Source: Haliotis cracherodii
Taxonomy: Eukaryota
Direction: 5' to 3'
DNA: 64,000 nucleotides
Assembly: GCF_022045235.1 (NCBI RefSeq)
Contig: NW_027266341.1
Span: 28,582,001-28,646,000, forward strand
The translations under genes were made by a program, and so were the position numbers. The notes beneath the pieces are model-generated. The model was not told the origin of the DNA. It worked only from the letters and a program-made list of their open reading frames with translations, and searched no databases. Positions 37,551 through 50,629 of the stretch are shown here, one piece after another. Each line of letters starts with the position of its first letter. The first letter of the stretch is position 1.

Positions 37551-37897
37551 TATATGATCATATCTATGCTAGTATAGGGGTCGATGTCGGCACAGCTTAT
37601 GCTATGCCACGTAGCTGGGTAACTGCGGTGTAAGCCAGTGCACGCGGCTAATCCAAAATCTTCGCACTTTTAAGCGACCCCGTTTCCTAACCCAGTCGCG
37701 CTAGCCACTTTTTGTATCAGAGGTGTTTGAAAAGTCCCCTCGATCATAAACTTGATAACGACCCCACAACTAACTGTCTCGCATGTCGGTTAGATTGGGT
37801 CCTTTACAAACCGCCATAAACACTGACTGCAATGTGAAAAAGTTACTGCCTGTACAAGAACGTTCGGATTATTGATATCCGGGTCAATTTGAGTGGA

Positions 37898-38155
37898 CTG
37901 AGGTGAAGTGAAATATGGGTTTAACGCGTTCAATTTTTTTTACACTACTATAGCTACGCGCATGCACGTGTGTGTGGCTGCTTGTTCTAGTCCTATTGAG
38001 ATACCATGCCTCAGTTTAACATGAATACCTCACATATACTATACCTTACTACATACCTATTCTTTATCCTTGTTTTAGCCCCTTAATGCCGAGCGCCAGG
38101 CAGGGTAACAACAAATAACATCTTTTAACGTCTTTTGTTATGACGCGGCCGGGAT
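37898..38155 (-). mobile_element. Family D SINE, partial
   Basis: Shares ccttaatgccgagcgccag.cagggtaacaacaa and the tail with the 22130 copy. Further relics at ~16575-16910, ~23490-23550 and ~35218-35352. Confidence 0.75.
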
Positions 38156-38175
38156 CACTGAGGCGGTCGAGTGAA

Positions 38176-38342
38176 GTGTGAGTGAGTGAGTGAGTATGGT
38201 TTTACGCCGCTTCTATCGATATCCCAGCAATATCACGGCGGGGGACACCAGAAATGAGCTTCACACATTCTACCCATGTGGATTCGAATCCTTGTCTTTG
38301 GCGTGACGAGCGAACGCTTTAACCACTAGGCTACGCCACCAA
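38176..38342 (-). mobile_element. Family B tRNA-derived SINE
   Basis: Reverse complement of the family B consensus with (GAGT)n. Confidence 0.85.
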
Positions 38343-38445
38343 CCCGCTGGCTTGAGAGGCTAAGAGTTCCGATTAGAAACTGTGACAGTTGAACCCGTGC
38401 CGACAGCAAACTAAAATCCTTATTAATTGTGTTACATTAATATAT

Positions 38446-38537
38446 GCATCACTTCGGGCTTTCCTCCCACATCAAGCTGACACGCCGTAATATGACTGGA
38501 ATATTGGTAAAAGCGGCGTTAAACCAAACTCACTCAC
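38446..38537 (+). mobile_element. Family C SINE 3' fragment
   Basis: TGCATCACTTCGGGCTTTCCTCCCACATCAAGCTGACACGCCG...AAACTCACTCAC. Confidence 0.8.
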
Positions 38538-38666
38538 GACATTAATATACGACATAAATATTGAAATTATTCCTGTTGAATTTCACAGGAATCTCCACCT
38601 CAGTAGGTATGATCGTTATAGATATTTTCGCCTTTTAGATATTCTCATTTGGCCGACTCTAACATG

Positions 38667-39660
38667 TACACTGACTGCCAAAAGAAACTTGACAATTTCA
38701 AAACGAAATTGCATTTTTTTTTTTTTTAAAAACACGTCCACGGCACGTTTTTTGTGGTAAATGTAAAAAAACCGTGACGCTTGCAGTAGAAACTACACGT
38801 GCAATAAAGGTATACAAGTGATACGGACAACTCAGGGCGTAAGGAATTAGGGCTTACAGACCTTATAGAGGATAGTTATTGACCGCGCAGCATCGTCGTC
38901 ACAAATTGAGATGGGCCCGGACTGTGTACGTCGTTGGCAGCGACGTGATTGGCAGAGGGTCATCTTCACTGATGATTGCGGGTTCTCTCTGTTCAGAGCA
39001 GATGGAAGACAACGTGTTTACCGCCGAAGGGGAGAACGAACGTTCAGGAGGTCGTGCCGTATTTTGGAGGGGGTGTTATGGTATGGACAGGAGAGAACCC
39101 CAGTGGTCATCGTTAACGAAAATTTGACAGCTCAGCGTTTCATGGATGATATTCTTCGTCCGTTTGTCCTACTATTTCTACAACAGTTGTCACGTGATGC
39201 CTTTTATGAGCATGACAACGCCAGTCCGAATCGTACAGAGCTTTCGTGCAGCCAACAACGTCAACGTGTTTCCATGGTCTGCACGCTCCACGGACATGTC
39301 CCCAAAAGAACACCTCTGGGATGTCATTGATCGTCGTGCTCGACCGTGACATCCTCCAACCAACCGACAAAACTCCAAGAACAATGGCGACGTGTCCCAC
39401 GTGACGTCATCAGACGCCTGACTATTTCTGTGCGCCAGAGACGTTTTCTGTCTTGTTTGTTTGTGTATTTGTTGTTTTACGCCGCACTCAGCAATATTCC
39501 AACTATATGACGGCGGTCTGTAAATAATCGAGTTGATTGACATCATGAGCATCAGTCCACGCAATTCGGACCGATGACGTGCATCAACCAAGTCAGCGAA
39601 CCTGACCACCCTATCCCATTTGTCGCCTCTTGTAGCAGGGGCTGGTCCTACACGCTATTA
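38667..39660 (+). pseudogene. Tc1-like DNA transposon relic (degenerate DDE transposase)
   Basis: TA+CACTGACTGCCAAAAG left end. Frameshifted fragments WQRVIFTDD, GRQRVYRR, NLTAQRFMDDILRP, YEHDNA, WSARSTDMSPKEHLWD and C-terminal GPTRY* after the SINE insertion. Confidence 0.85.
39452..39631 (-). mobile_element. Family A copy (5'-truncated) inserted in the Tc1 relic
   Basis: Reverse-complement tail and body with an internal deletion. Confidence 0.8.
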
Positions 39661-39827
39661 ATGTGACGTGTTATTGAACTCGAGCGATTTTAGATGTGTG
39701 TGTGTCCTTTGTCCATTACGTTAAAAGGTTGTTTTTGCTAACCCACCTCAATTCGGGAAACTGTCATACCAATATCGGATGCTGTATGACTGTCATTTTA
39801 AATGTTGATTTCTTTGAGATTTTTTCA

Positions 39828-40018
39828 TTATATTTTACTTCACGCAATCGCGGCTGTCGGTCGTAAGTAAACAGAATCTCCGCGTTCAAGGACGTCAAGC
39901 GCTCTGATTGGTCCGCGCTGCGACCTTAGCATACTTACATGGTGATATTTACCAATCAGAGCGCTTGACGCCATTGAACTTTCATGACAGGCAGCCGCGA
40001 TTGAGTGAATATTTCTAT
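39828..40018. mobile_element. Fold-back (MITE-like) element with nested inverted repeats
   Basis: TTCACGCAATCGCGGCTG/CAGCCGCGATTGAGTGAA and CGTCAAGCGCTCTGATTGGT/ACCAATCAGAGCGCTTGACG. Confidence 0.65.
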
Positions 40019-41530
40019 ACTTGGTCGGGAACAGGCCTTAAGCATATCCCTATGCGGGAAACGTTGACCCAGTTTCCGTGTAGCGAGATATTAGCACTTT
40101 TGGACAGTGTGAATAATTGACGTGTAAGGCTACATGAGTAAACATATTACCATTCGGGAGGTAATTCTCATAGAGAATTATGGTTCATGGTTAAAAATAA
40201 CAACGCACTTACAACATTGTGCGTTTCAATTGTTACAATATCTTCATGTTTCCATGAGCAGATCTGCTTCATAATAAAATGATATTACAACATTGTAGCT
40301 ATTACTTTGAAAAGATAATTATGAAAAAATATTAATAACTTTACCACTGTAGACAAATCAATGCCAACAGTATCGTGTATACCACTGCGATTGTGTCAAG
40401 TTTATACCCCATGTTTCTTGAAACCAATAACAAATGTGTCAGGAAATCAATGTTGTAAAAAGATATCACCAGTTTTGTTTTCAGCTTTTATATTTTATAA
40501 GTATTTCAACTGAAATGTGCCATATTCACATTCTTGACTCTGAAGGTACCACACGCAAATTACATTTTGTTTAATCTGCCCGGTTACACATGCGTTTTAT
40601 GACAGTACAGGTACTTGAATCAATAGGTAGGTATGCTACATAATTTCTTTGCGCCATGTTGATCCTCTAGATCCAATTTATCTTAAATATATATACTAGT
40701 GTCAAAATGGGTATGTTCCTCGACAGGATAAAGTCAACGGATAAAAATGATAACCGTTGGGCTAATATGCGGATAGAGATGCAAATATCAAAGGTTAAGT
40801 AGGGACGACATTTGATTCAGTGCACACTCCGGCGCAGTGGTGACTGAGCATAATACTATGCTGGCTGGCTGCCGGCCGCATGGAACTCTGGGTAGGAGAG
40901 TGCATTCAGTGCTTACAAACAAACAAAGCGTCGCCCTTGTATTTCGGCGATCGAGTCAGAATTAACCATTGGGAATCTGGAGAAACTAATGGGATGATTA
41001 CTGACATTATCAAAACTCAGTGTCTATCTGTGACGTAGCTAAGACATTTTACAAGTTTTGCCAATTTTGGAGATATAGACCTAAATTACGAAATAAAATC
41101 AACGAGGACACTAACCTGACGGGATCAGTTTCCATATCTGTGATTGTAGACATCTGCGACTTGGAACCCTTTCCCCAAAGTGAAACAGTTGGTTTTGACC
41201 GAAATATGTCCGAATTGGTACCTTGTTTCGATTTGTCGTTATGTGTGCATCTGAATAGACTTCAGTTATGACTAGACAGACAGACCCTAAACACACTTAA
41301 CACTGTGTTGAGGCAATAGTTATTTTGTCCATATATAGTTACGCAACTGTCTAAGAACAGGTTTCAGCTGGAACTATATTGACTGTTGTCACTGCCCGAC
41401 TGACAAGTCTTTGACCTTCTGACGTAATATATATTAATGCGCACATTCCGAGAAAACGTAGGTAATGTTTGTGACAGATGGGAACAGGTTTTTCCACGAC
41501 AGAATTTAAGAATGATATTATATGATAAAA

Positions 41531-41647
41531 AGGTTATCACGCTTGTGTGTGTTTTATGATGATATATATATCTTGTAATAGAATTAAACACTATGTATTC
41601 CTAAAAGAGGATATATACCATTCCCAAACACATTCGCGTGATAACCT
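41531..41647. mobile_element. Small fold-back element
   Basis: AGGTTATCACGC (41531-41542)/GCGTGATAACCT (41636-41647), with inner TATATATC/GATATATA. Confidence 0.5.
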
Positions 41648-41754
41648 CTATATATCCGCTCAGAGAAATAATTTGCATGTCAGTGTGTGCGGCCTAAAAC
41701 TTTGACCCAAACTTTACTCTAAAACTACAATTTCTTGTCAAACACTTAGACTAG

Positions 41755-42975
41755 AGTTAGTGAATGAAACGTCGCATCAGCATTATTTCAGCCATATAGC
41801 GACGAGAAGTTGATATATAAACAACTGAGTCCTGAGTACAAAGTTATATATTTAAAAACAAATTTGTCAAACATATTTCGGAATAACCATATTATTCATA
41901 ACTGTATAACCCGAGCAAAAATCCACAAGTTCAAAGGCTAGGCCATCTCGTTGGGCATCATAGGGACTTAAGCTTCTTGCACGATACACCAGCAGGATTT
42001 ACGTCATCACTATAGCTACTGGTGGCTGAGTACAATACTAGCCAATATTTAAAAAAATACTTTGCAATGATCTGGCTTAAAAACACTGGTTACATCAATT
42101 ATGATAGGAATTACGTGTCACACAGGGGTACAATCATTTACCTTACTTTAACCTCCTGAAGCAGAGCCTGCGATGATCTTTGTTGATAAAATTATCACAC
42201 CAAATTTATATAAACAAGCAATTAGTACTTACAAATTTAAAATTTATGATGCAGACCAATTTCTTTCATGGTGCTTAAGCTGAGATGCCCACTACACGTG
42301 AAAGAGATCTTTCAGATTTACTGTTTGATAACGTGAATCCCTTACAATTGCAAGTCCACACAGTCAAGCAATACATTCTTGACGGTGAGCCTTTCATCAC
42401 AAGGGATACACTTCGGAGGCTCGTCCTCATCTGTTTAAGCAGATATCCGTGGGTAAATCGACTGTGCCGAATGCGACATAGTCGTAAAACGACTTCATCA
42501 TGTCTTGATTGACAACCCAAGTAGGTATGACCGATTGTTGGTTTCAATTCAGGAAGTCTATGGATTCCCACCTGGTTGTCCCACCTCTTGTGATGAGATC
42601 CCGAGTATTACTTTAGTTTGTTGGTTTAAAATCGTTGTACGGGATAAGGAGTGGAGAAAGCGATTTGTCAAGAGCTGCTTTAGCTGCAACATCGGCTTTT
42701 GAGTTAACTGCTATGCCTACGTGACTTGGTATCCAGTAAAAGACTGTCACATTGGTCAGTAGATCATTCTGAAGTTCGCAAACGTCTAGGATTATAGGGT
42801 GATTCGAGGAGACACTTTTAAGTGCCCAAAGGCAAATATTTAGATTGGTTTTGTTGTTTAATATACGTCAAAGCTGTTAAGACAGCTTTGGCCTGAGCAG
42901 TGAAGACTGAACTATTATCTATGATACTTAAGGAGACAGTTTGGGATCCAATGGTGGTGGCATTTGCAACTTTGC
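41755..42975 (-). mobile_element. 5'-truncated I/Nimb-type non-LTR retrotransposon remnant (RNase H, Cys-rich C-terminus, 3' UTR and tail)
   Basis: Minus-strand frames read SSVFTAQAKAVLTAL, FYWIPSHVGIAVNSKADVAAKAAL (RNase H), EVVLRLCRIRHSRFTHGYLL and KCIPCDERLTVK. Disrupted by frameshifts. 3' tail CGTCGCTATATGGCTGAAATAATGCTGATGCGACGTT at 41767-41804. Confidence 0.85.
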
Positions 42976-43219
42976 AGTCGTCTGAGGCGCCACGATTTGC
43001 TGTGCAGAGTTGCGCCAGAAACCTATGATTGTGGGTTCGAACCCCGGTTCGCCCTTTAATGTTTCTAGGTTTGTCAGCTTCATAACCGTGCTCGTCGGTT
43101 TCAACAAAGTGGTAAACGTCTGAGACCTGCATCACTTCGGTCTTTCCTCAAACATTAAGCTGACACGCCGTGATATGACTGGAATGCTGTTCAAAGCGGC
43201 GTTAAACCAAACTGACTCA
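42976..43219 (+). mobile_element. Family C SINE, abutting the 5' break of the LINE remnant
   Basis: Colinear with 53769-54033, missing the first ~17 nt. Confidence 0.85.
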
Positions 43220-44121
43220 ACAGTTTATTGTCACTAACGCATATGAGAGATGTATTTTCACTAGCATGTATGTATAATGATAAATACCACTATTTCATTG
43301 CCATATGATGGCTCGTAGCTCGTTGGTTATTCTTTAAACTTCGCCATGTATTTACAGTTCGTGCAGCCAATCGCCAGCACCACAATGTCATTGTAAGCGA
43401 TGGACCTCGACAAGGATACTTTCATTTAGAGAAATCAGTTTCCGATGGAGATTCATATCTGTCCATGGTATGTTGCAATATGATATCACTAGCATGGTGT
43501 GCATTACGATAAAAAGGACATTTTGAAATACACGAAACCAGTGGCCAGTGTGAAGTTGTGTGGATACCAGATCTCCGGTGGGCACCCACAAACCTGGCAC
43601 AATGTCACGTGCTCTTTGAGAGTTCTAAACTGGGTCTTCTCAATATAGCTGAATACGAGAATAGACTGGTGTATGATTTACAAGATGGCATTTTACAGTT
43701 GACTCGTCATCTTGAATCATCATCTGAGTCATAATACACCAGTTTCTTTCTTTCAAGGGAATACAATATTTTTAATAAGTTTACATAATGGACAACCAAA
43801 GCGATATGTGCTGACACGTATATATATATACACACGAGGAAAAGGCTAATCACCACGCCTTTTATAGATTCATATAACATCCGTGCATCTGTCGCAAACA
43901 CGTCACCACCCTTTCACATGGACCTAACATAATCTTCCTTGTCTCTGTTGTTCCGAACGAAACACAGGGACACGAAAACGATACCTTGTATACTGTAACG
44001 GTTGACTACTTGCAATATGGAGTGGGGCCTGGCTGCATTAGTATCCCATCGAACCCTAGCATTCTTAAACCCATACCAACATCGATGCCGACCCTACCCT
44101 ACTTCAAGTCTTAGCCTCATC

Positions 44122-44394
44122 GACCCGTGAGATCCGGAATAGGTCTTCAGCAACCCAATGGCATGCTTGCCGTAAAAGGCGATTATGCTAATCAGAAGAG
44201 GCGACTAACGGGATCTGGTTGTCAGGCTCGCTGACTTGGTTGATGCATGTCACCTACCTTATCCCAATTGCGTGGATTGATGCTCATGATGTCAATCACT
44301 GGATTGTCTGGTCCAGACTCGATTATTTACAGACCTTCGTCACATAGCTGTAATACTGCCGAGAGCGGCGTTAAACAACAAACAAACAAACAAA
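44122..44394 (+). mobile_element. Family A short retroposon
   Basis: GACCCGTGAGATCCGG start, (AAAC)n tail. Confidence 0.88.
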
Positions 44395-46034
44395 TCTTAC
44401 CCCGATCTCTTACCCGCTCTCTGGCATCTTAAACCCCCCGTCCGCACCCCTCACCCCCAACCCCCACTCCCCGCTACCCCTTCCCCTCAACCGACCGATA
44501 GATACACCTTGTCGGTGTTTACCAAACATGCTGAAATGAGATTAGCAGGGGGGACTTAAATCCTCCAGAACAGCCCAATCTGCGGCGATGGAGCGACAAC
44601 AATACACCTCGTGAGCTGATACCTCGGAAACACACCCGGATGTATAAATAGTAGGGTGGAGTGGCACTTTCTCACATGACCCAGTTTGTGTCGCGAAAGT
44701 GCAATATTGACATTGAAAAGAACATCGCTATTGATAGCGGAGATAATTGCTGCAGTGCAAGGGATAAATCGTGTTTTCCTCCCACCGATGTCTGGGTGGC
44801 TGGCTACGTGTTGACATAAGAATGGATCCTCCACGGCATTATTGGGAAGCTCCGTGCACTGATTTGTATGTTACATACACACGTGAAAGGCTTTATTTCT
44901 CTCACGGATAGTGAGTGAGTGATTCATGTTTAACGTTCTTTTGTCAGTATTTCAGCTGTATCCGTGCGTGTCAGTGCAATATTGGAGACACGACCAAAGA
45001 AACGTAGGTCTGAGCGTTTGCATGCCACTTAACTAAAATCTAGGCAAATCTAGGATTCGAATCGAAAGACATCGGATCCTGACACGGCTAAGAGACACAA
45101 CTATGCAAATTAGGTTGTGTCGCTGAAGACCACTATTCAACCAAGACCAATCTCTCCAGAATATCTCTCCAACTGATCGGAATAGCTGCATATTTCCGTT
45201 ATTATAAGAATGAAGAGCCGTGTTGGTTCTTTTCAAAAAATATTTATGACGATTGACTCAACTTTGAAATTAAGCATTGTTCTTGGCTCCATTTGGATTT
45301 TATGTTGTTGTTTTGTAGACATATATTTTCAGTTTAGATGACTTGATTTCTGGGACTAAATGTTAGTCTAGTTTATTGAAATGATCCTAACACAGAAATA
45401 GCTGATTGGATTATAAACATCACTCACTACCGTCTAAATATTACGAGGAGTACGGGTAATGTTTTCCATTATTCTTTTTTTTAATACGGACATGGAAACA
45501 AAATTAACTTGAATGTTTCATTAACAATGTTGTAGTCACGGACTGTCGCCTAGATGAGTGACGTCATCTAGCTTGTCCCGGTAGTTAAGAGCGCATGTCA
45601 GGTTTCCGGCCTCCTTCGCTTCCGGTGTACATCGAATCCAACTCGGATCGAATGTTTCCGCCGATGTTGAGATCGATTTAAGACCAACATCCAGTCTTTC
45701 GGGAGTTTTTTTACCTTCCTAATCCTAGAATGTCTTCTGGATATTCCGTGCGATGCCGCCGTGTCTTCCGCCCGAAGCACGTAGGCCGCCAGAGGCGGAT
45801 GTGAAATGCGACAGGTTGCTATTAAACTAACGCGTAACTCTACACTCCGATTCCACGCTTCAGTCGCATTTTTATGTCTCTTATTTCAACAACGGTCGTT
45901 ATCGGTTGAAATCAGGGGCATTCGCGGATTCTTTCCAATGAAATAATTATAAATATTTCAATAAATGTGCGTTTCGTAAAGGCAGTAAATCTGCAGCCAA
46001 AGGTATATGGACTATCAGCAACCAACTACTATTG

Positions 46035-46280
46035 TGAGTGAGTTGGACGCTGCTTCGAGCAGTATTCCAGTTATATCACGGAGTGTCAGCTTAATGTGGG
46101 AGGAAAGCCCGGAATGCTGCAGGTATCAGGCGTTTACCACTTCGGTGAAACCCACGCGCTCGGGTATGATTCTGACAAACCTAGAAACATGATCGGGGTA
46201 AGCCGGGATTCGAACCCAAGTTCATAGTTTCCTGGCGTGCCCAAGGGAGGCTACCATACACAGCGAATTGCAGCGCTTTT
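46035..46280 (-). mobile_element. Family C SINE
   Basis: gtgtcagcttaatgtgggaggaaagcc...ggattcgaaccc. Confidence 0.82.
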
Positions 46281-46327
46281 GAAAACGACCGGGACACCTG
46301 TGCCCCGCAGCCAGTCAGTGTTTGCTG

Positions 46328-46583
46328 GACCCGTGAAATCCGGGTTAGAATTTTCAGCAACCCATGCCTGCCGTAAAAGGCGACTATGCTTGTCGTAAAT
46401 GGCGACTAACGGGATCAGATGGTCAGGCTCGCTGACTTGGTTGATGCATGTCATCGTATCCAAGTTGCGTGGATCGATGCTCATGATGTCAGTCACTGGA
46501 TTGTCTGGTCCAGACTCGATTATTTCCAGACCGCCGTCATAAAGCTGGAATATTGCTGATTGCGGCGTTAAACAACAAACAAA
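46328..46583 (+). mobile_element. Family A short retroposon
   Basis: GACCCGTGAA start. CAGTGTTTGC direct repeat on both flanks (46316-46325, 46584-46593). Confidence 0.88.
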
Positions 46584-47104
46584 CAGTGTTTGCACATGGT
46601 ATGATACGGTTGTAAAGCTCAGCAAGCTATGCCACATGATGTCAATGTTCTTGTACGGCCACCCATCCCGGCTGACTCACTTTTACTGTCGCTGGTGAAC
46701 CTTCATTAACCAGAGGCGCGTTCAGCGTGAAGCAGAGATTACGTTATGTGAGCAGGTCGTCCTGTGCGGGACTCGCTGCATGCAACAATCGTGCTGGGGA
46801 GCAACGCCACGTGTAAGGGCTTCTTTCAACGCTTCATAAAGAATTCAATTTATTTCGAGGATTTTATTTGTGATGTGTAATATTTCATCTCATAATTCCC
46901 GAGCTTTGACAAGATCCAAGCTCGTTTTTCACACATCCAATTTGTAACCACCCATATTGATTGATATCGTGTTGTGCTCTCAACTCCCCCTCAACCCCCC
47001 TCAACCCTCAACCCCCTCGTTCTCATCACCCCCTCGCAGGGAGTATACCATCAGTGCTATGCTTTATTGTATAACCGGAATTGATCTACCCCTTTAGTGA
47101 TCTC

Positions 47105-47340
47105 TGTCAATGATCTACGCCGTCAATGATCTACACCCAGTCAATGAGCTGTCCAGTCAATGAGCTATACCCAGTCAATGAGCTATACCCCGTCACTGAG
47201 CTACCCAGTCAATGAGCTACCCTGTCAATGAGCTATACCCAGTCAATGAGCTATACCCAGTCAATAAGCTACCCAGTCAATGAGCTGCCCAGTCAATGAG
47301 CTGCCCAGTCAATGAGCTACCCAGTCAATGATCTACGCCG
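47105..47340. repeat. Short tandem repeat, 16-19-bp unit CCCAGTCAATGAGCTA(TA)
   Basis: Direct inspection. Confidence 0.9.
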
Positions 47341-47439
47341 CAGCTATTGCCCCATCATACCAGCCCTCACTTCCCCTACCCCCTTCATCGGACCCCTTCC
47401 CTACCCCGTAGGGTACTTGCCTTCATCTATCCAATTTGT

Positions 47440-49460
47440 CCACCCCCTTAGGTAGATTTCCACACTCTCCGTTCCTCTACCCCCTTGGGTAGAAGTCTCA
47501 CATACTCTCCCTTCCTCTACCCCCTTGGGTAGATCTCTCACATACTCTCCCTTCCTCTACCCCCTTGGGTAGATCTCTCACATACTCTCCCTTCCTCTAC
47601 CCCCTTGGGTAGATCTCTCTCATACTCTCCGTTCCTCTACCCCCTTGGGTAGATCTCTCACACACTCTCCCTTCCTCTATTCTTGGGTAGATCTCTCACA
47701 TACTCTCCCTTCCTCTACCCCCTTGGGTAGATCTCTCACTATACTCTCCCTTCCTCTACCCCCTTGGGTAGATCTCTCACTATACTCTCCGTTCCTATAC
47801 CCCCTTGGGTAGAAGTCTCACATACTCTCCCTTCCTCTACCCCCTTGGGTAGATCTCTCACATACTCTCCCTTCCTCTACCCCCTTGGGTAGATCTCTCA
47901 CACACTCTCCGTTCCTCTACCCCCTTGGGTAGATCTCTCACTATACTCTCCTTTCCCCTACCCCTTTGGGTATATCTCTCACATACTCTCCGTTCCTCTA
48001 CCCCCTTGGGTAGATCTCTCACATACTATCTCTTCCTCTATCCTTGGGTAGAACTCTCACATACTCTCCCTTCCTCTACCCCTTGGGTAGATCTCTCACA
48101 TGCTCTCCGTTCCTCTATCCCCTTGGGTAGATCTCTCACGTACTCTCCCTTCCTCTACCCTTGGGTAGATCTCTCACATACTCTCCGTTCCTCTACCCCT
48201 TTGGGTAGATCTCTCACACACTCTCCCTTCCTCTACCCCCTTGGGTAGATCTCTCACACACTCTCCGTTCCTCTACCCCCTTGGGTAGATCTCTCACATA
48301 CTCTCCCTTCCTCTACCCCCTTGGGTAGATCTCTCTCATACTCTCCGTTCCTCTACCCCCTTGGGTAGATCTCTCACACACTCTCCCTTCCTCTATTCTT
48401 GGGTAGATCTCTCACATAATCTCCCTTCCTCTACCCCCTTGGGTAGATCTCTCACTATACTCTCCTTTCCTCTACCCTTGGGTAGATCTCTCACAAACTC
48501 TCCGTTCCTCTACCCCCTTGGGTAGATCTCTCACATACTCTCCCTTCCTCTACCCCTTGGGTAGATCTCTCACACACTCTCCGTTCCTATACCCCCTTGG
48601 GTAGAAGTCTCACATACTCTCCCTTCCTCTACCCCCTTGGGTAGATCTCTCACATACTCTCCCTTCCTCTACCCCCTTGGGTAGATCTCTCACACACTCT
48701 CCGTTCCTCTACCTCCTTGGGTAGATCTCTCACTATACTCTCCTTTCCCCTACCCCTTTGGGTATATCTCTCACATACTCTCCCTTCCTCTACCCCCTTG
48801 GGTAGATCTCTCACATACTATCTCTTCCTCTATCCTTGGGTAGAACTCTCACATACTCTCCCTTCCTCTACCCCTTGGGTAGATCTCTCACATGCTCTCC
48901 GTTCCTCTATCCCCTTGGGTAGATCTCTCACGTACTCTCCCTTCCTCTACCCTTGGGTAGATTTCTCACATACTCTCCGTTCCTCTACCCCTTTGGGTAG
49001 ATCTCTCACATACTCTCCCTTCCTCTACCCCCTTGGGTAGATCTCTCACATGCTCTCCGTTCCTCTATCCCCTTGGGTAGATCTCTCACGTACTCTCCCT
49101 TCCTCTACCCTTGGGTAGATTTCTCACATACTCTCCGTTCCTCTACCCCTTTGGGTAGATCTCTCACACACTCTCCATTCCTCTACCCCCTTGGGTAGAT
49201 CTCTCACACACTCTCCGTTCCTCTACCCCCTTGGGTAGATCTCTCACATACTCTCCATTCCTCTACCCCCTTGGGTAGATCTCTCACTATACTCTCCTTT
49301 CCTCTACCCTTGGGTAGATCTCTCACTATACTCTCCTTTCCTCTACCCCTTGGGTAGATCTCTCACATACTCTCCGTTCCTCTACCCCTTGGGTATATCT
49401 CTCACGTACTCTCCCTTCCTCTACCCCTTGGGTAGATCTCTCACATACTCTCCCTTCAGG
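47440..49460. repeat. Pyrimidine-rich minisatellite, ~40-bp unit CTCTCCCTTCCTCTACCCCCTTGGGTAGATCTCTCACATA, ~50 copies
   Basis: Direct inspection; block duplicated at a 792-bp offset. Confidence 0.95.
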
Positions 49461-50454
49461 ATAGTTCTCTCACATCGTACCCCTTATCCGACCACCCCAC
49501 CTCATCTTCACCCTTTCAACAAGCATGTGCGCCCCTTTGTGCCCATCTCCCCCTCCCCCACAGCCCCGCTGGATACATGCATCCCCCGAACAATTCCCCC
49601 CTCCCCACTCCGTCCCAAAGTAAACCCCTCCCACCATCACTACATCCCCGAACTTGACAGAGGAGTTTTATTGTCCATAGTTTAACGTCTCCCATCCATT
49701 CACGCTGATTGATGACGTTTCATTCTCGATATTTTCACATCCCGTTTTTAGAATTTATGAATTTAAGCCCAAAACTGAACATTTTCCATTCCTACTTTCA
49801 AGAATCATCCCTCACTTGATAAATGCCCTTATACCCAAATCTTTCAAATGTTTCTTTACAAATCTAAATTCAATATTTGAAATGGTTAGCTTTTCGTCAC
49901 AGACCTTCCCGGTCTTGGGACTTGTATCGCTCATAATTGAGTGACGCATTAGATTGATTTGGCCATAGAAAAAACGTTCTGTGAGTTATGTTTAAATCGT
50001 TACCTCTTAATCAAGTACGTTGGCAACCATAGCTCACGCCGGATGACGTTGACAGATGACCACACGACGACATCGACGATGACAGGAGGCAATTAACAAC
50101 TAGATTGATATGTTATGGTATGCCTGTCGCTAAATCAAATATGAAATCGACACGTTAGTGCTGGCCATGGATTACGCCATTGTCATTGATAACTGTCAAT
50201 GAAGAATCACTGGATCGTTCTATTAAGGCGAGCGATTAATTCCAGATTAATGACGACACACATTTGTTTGGGTATATGTGTCCCGATAACAATGGGCATA
50301 GGGTGACGGTAATCGGAGCAGGGTGGGGCCGATCCCACTGTGAAGGTTTGTAATTATACTGTTAACTGGATGATCGCGTGAAGCCTGTTCTCACTGAAAG
50401 AGAAACGCTGATGTTTGTTGACGACACAGGCTCCAACAAAATATTAGTTATTGG

Positions 50455-50608
50455 CGAGTGTGTTTTACGCCACTTTTAGTAATATTCGAGCTATATCACG
50501 ACGGGGGGCACCAGAAATGGGCATTAGTTATTGGTGGGCACAGGGGTAGCCTAGAGGTTAAAGCGTTCACTCGTCGCGCCGCAGGCTCGGTTTGGATTCC
50601 CCACACTG
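50455..50608. mobile_element. Family B fragments: minus-strand tail next to a plus-strand head
   Basis: ttttacgccacttttagtaatatt...ccagaaatggg, then GGGGTAGCCTAGAGGTTAAAGCGTTCACTCGTC. Confidence 0.7.
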
Positions 50609-50629
50609 GCAGGTACATTTGTAGAAGAG

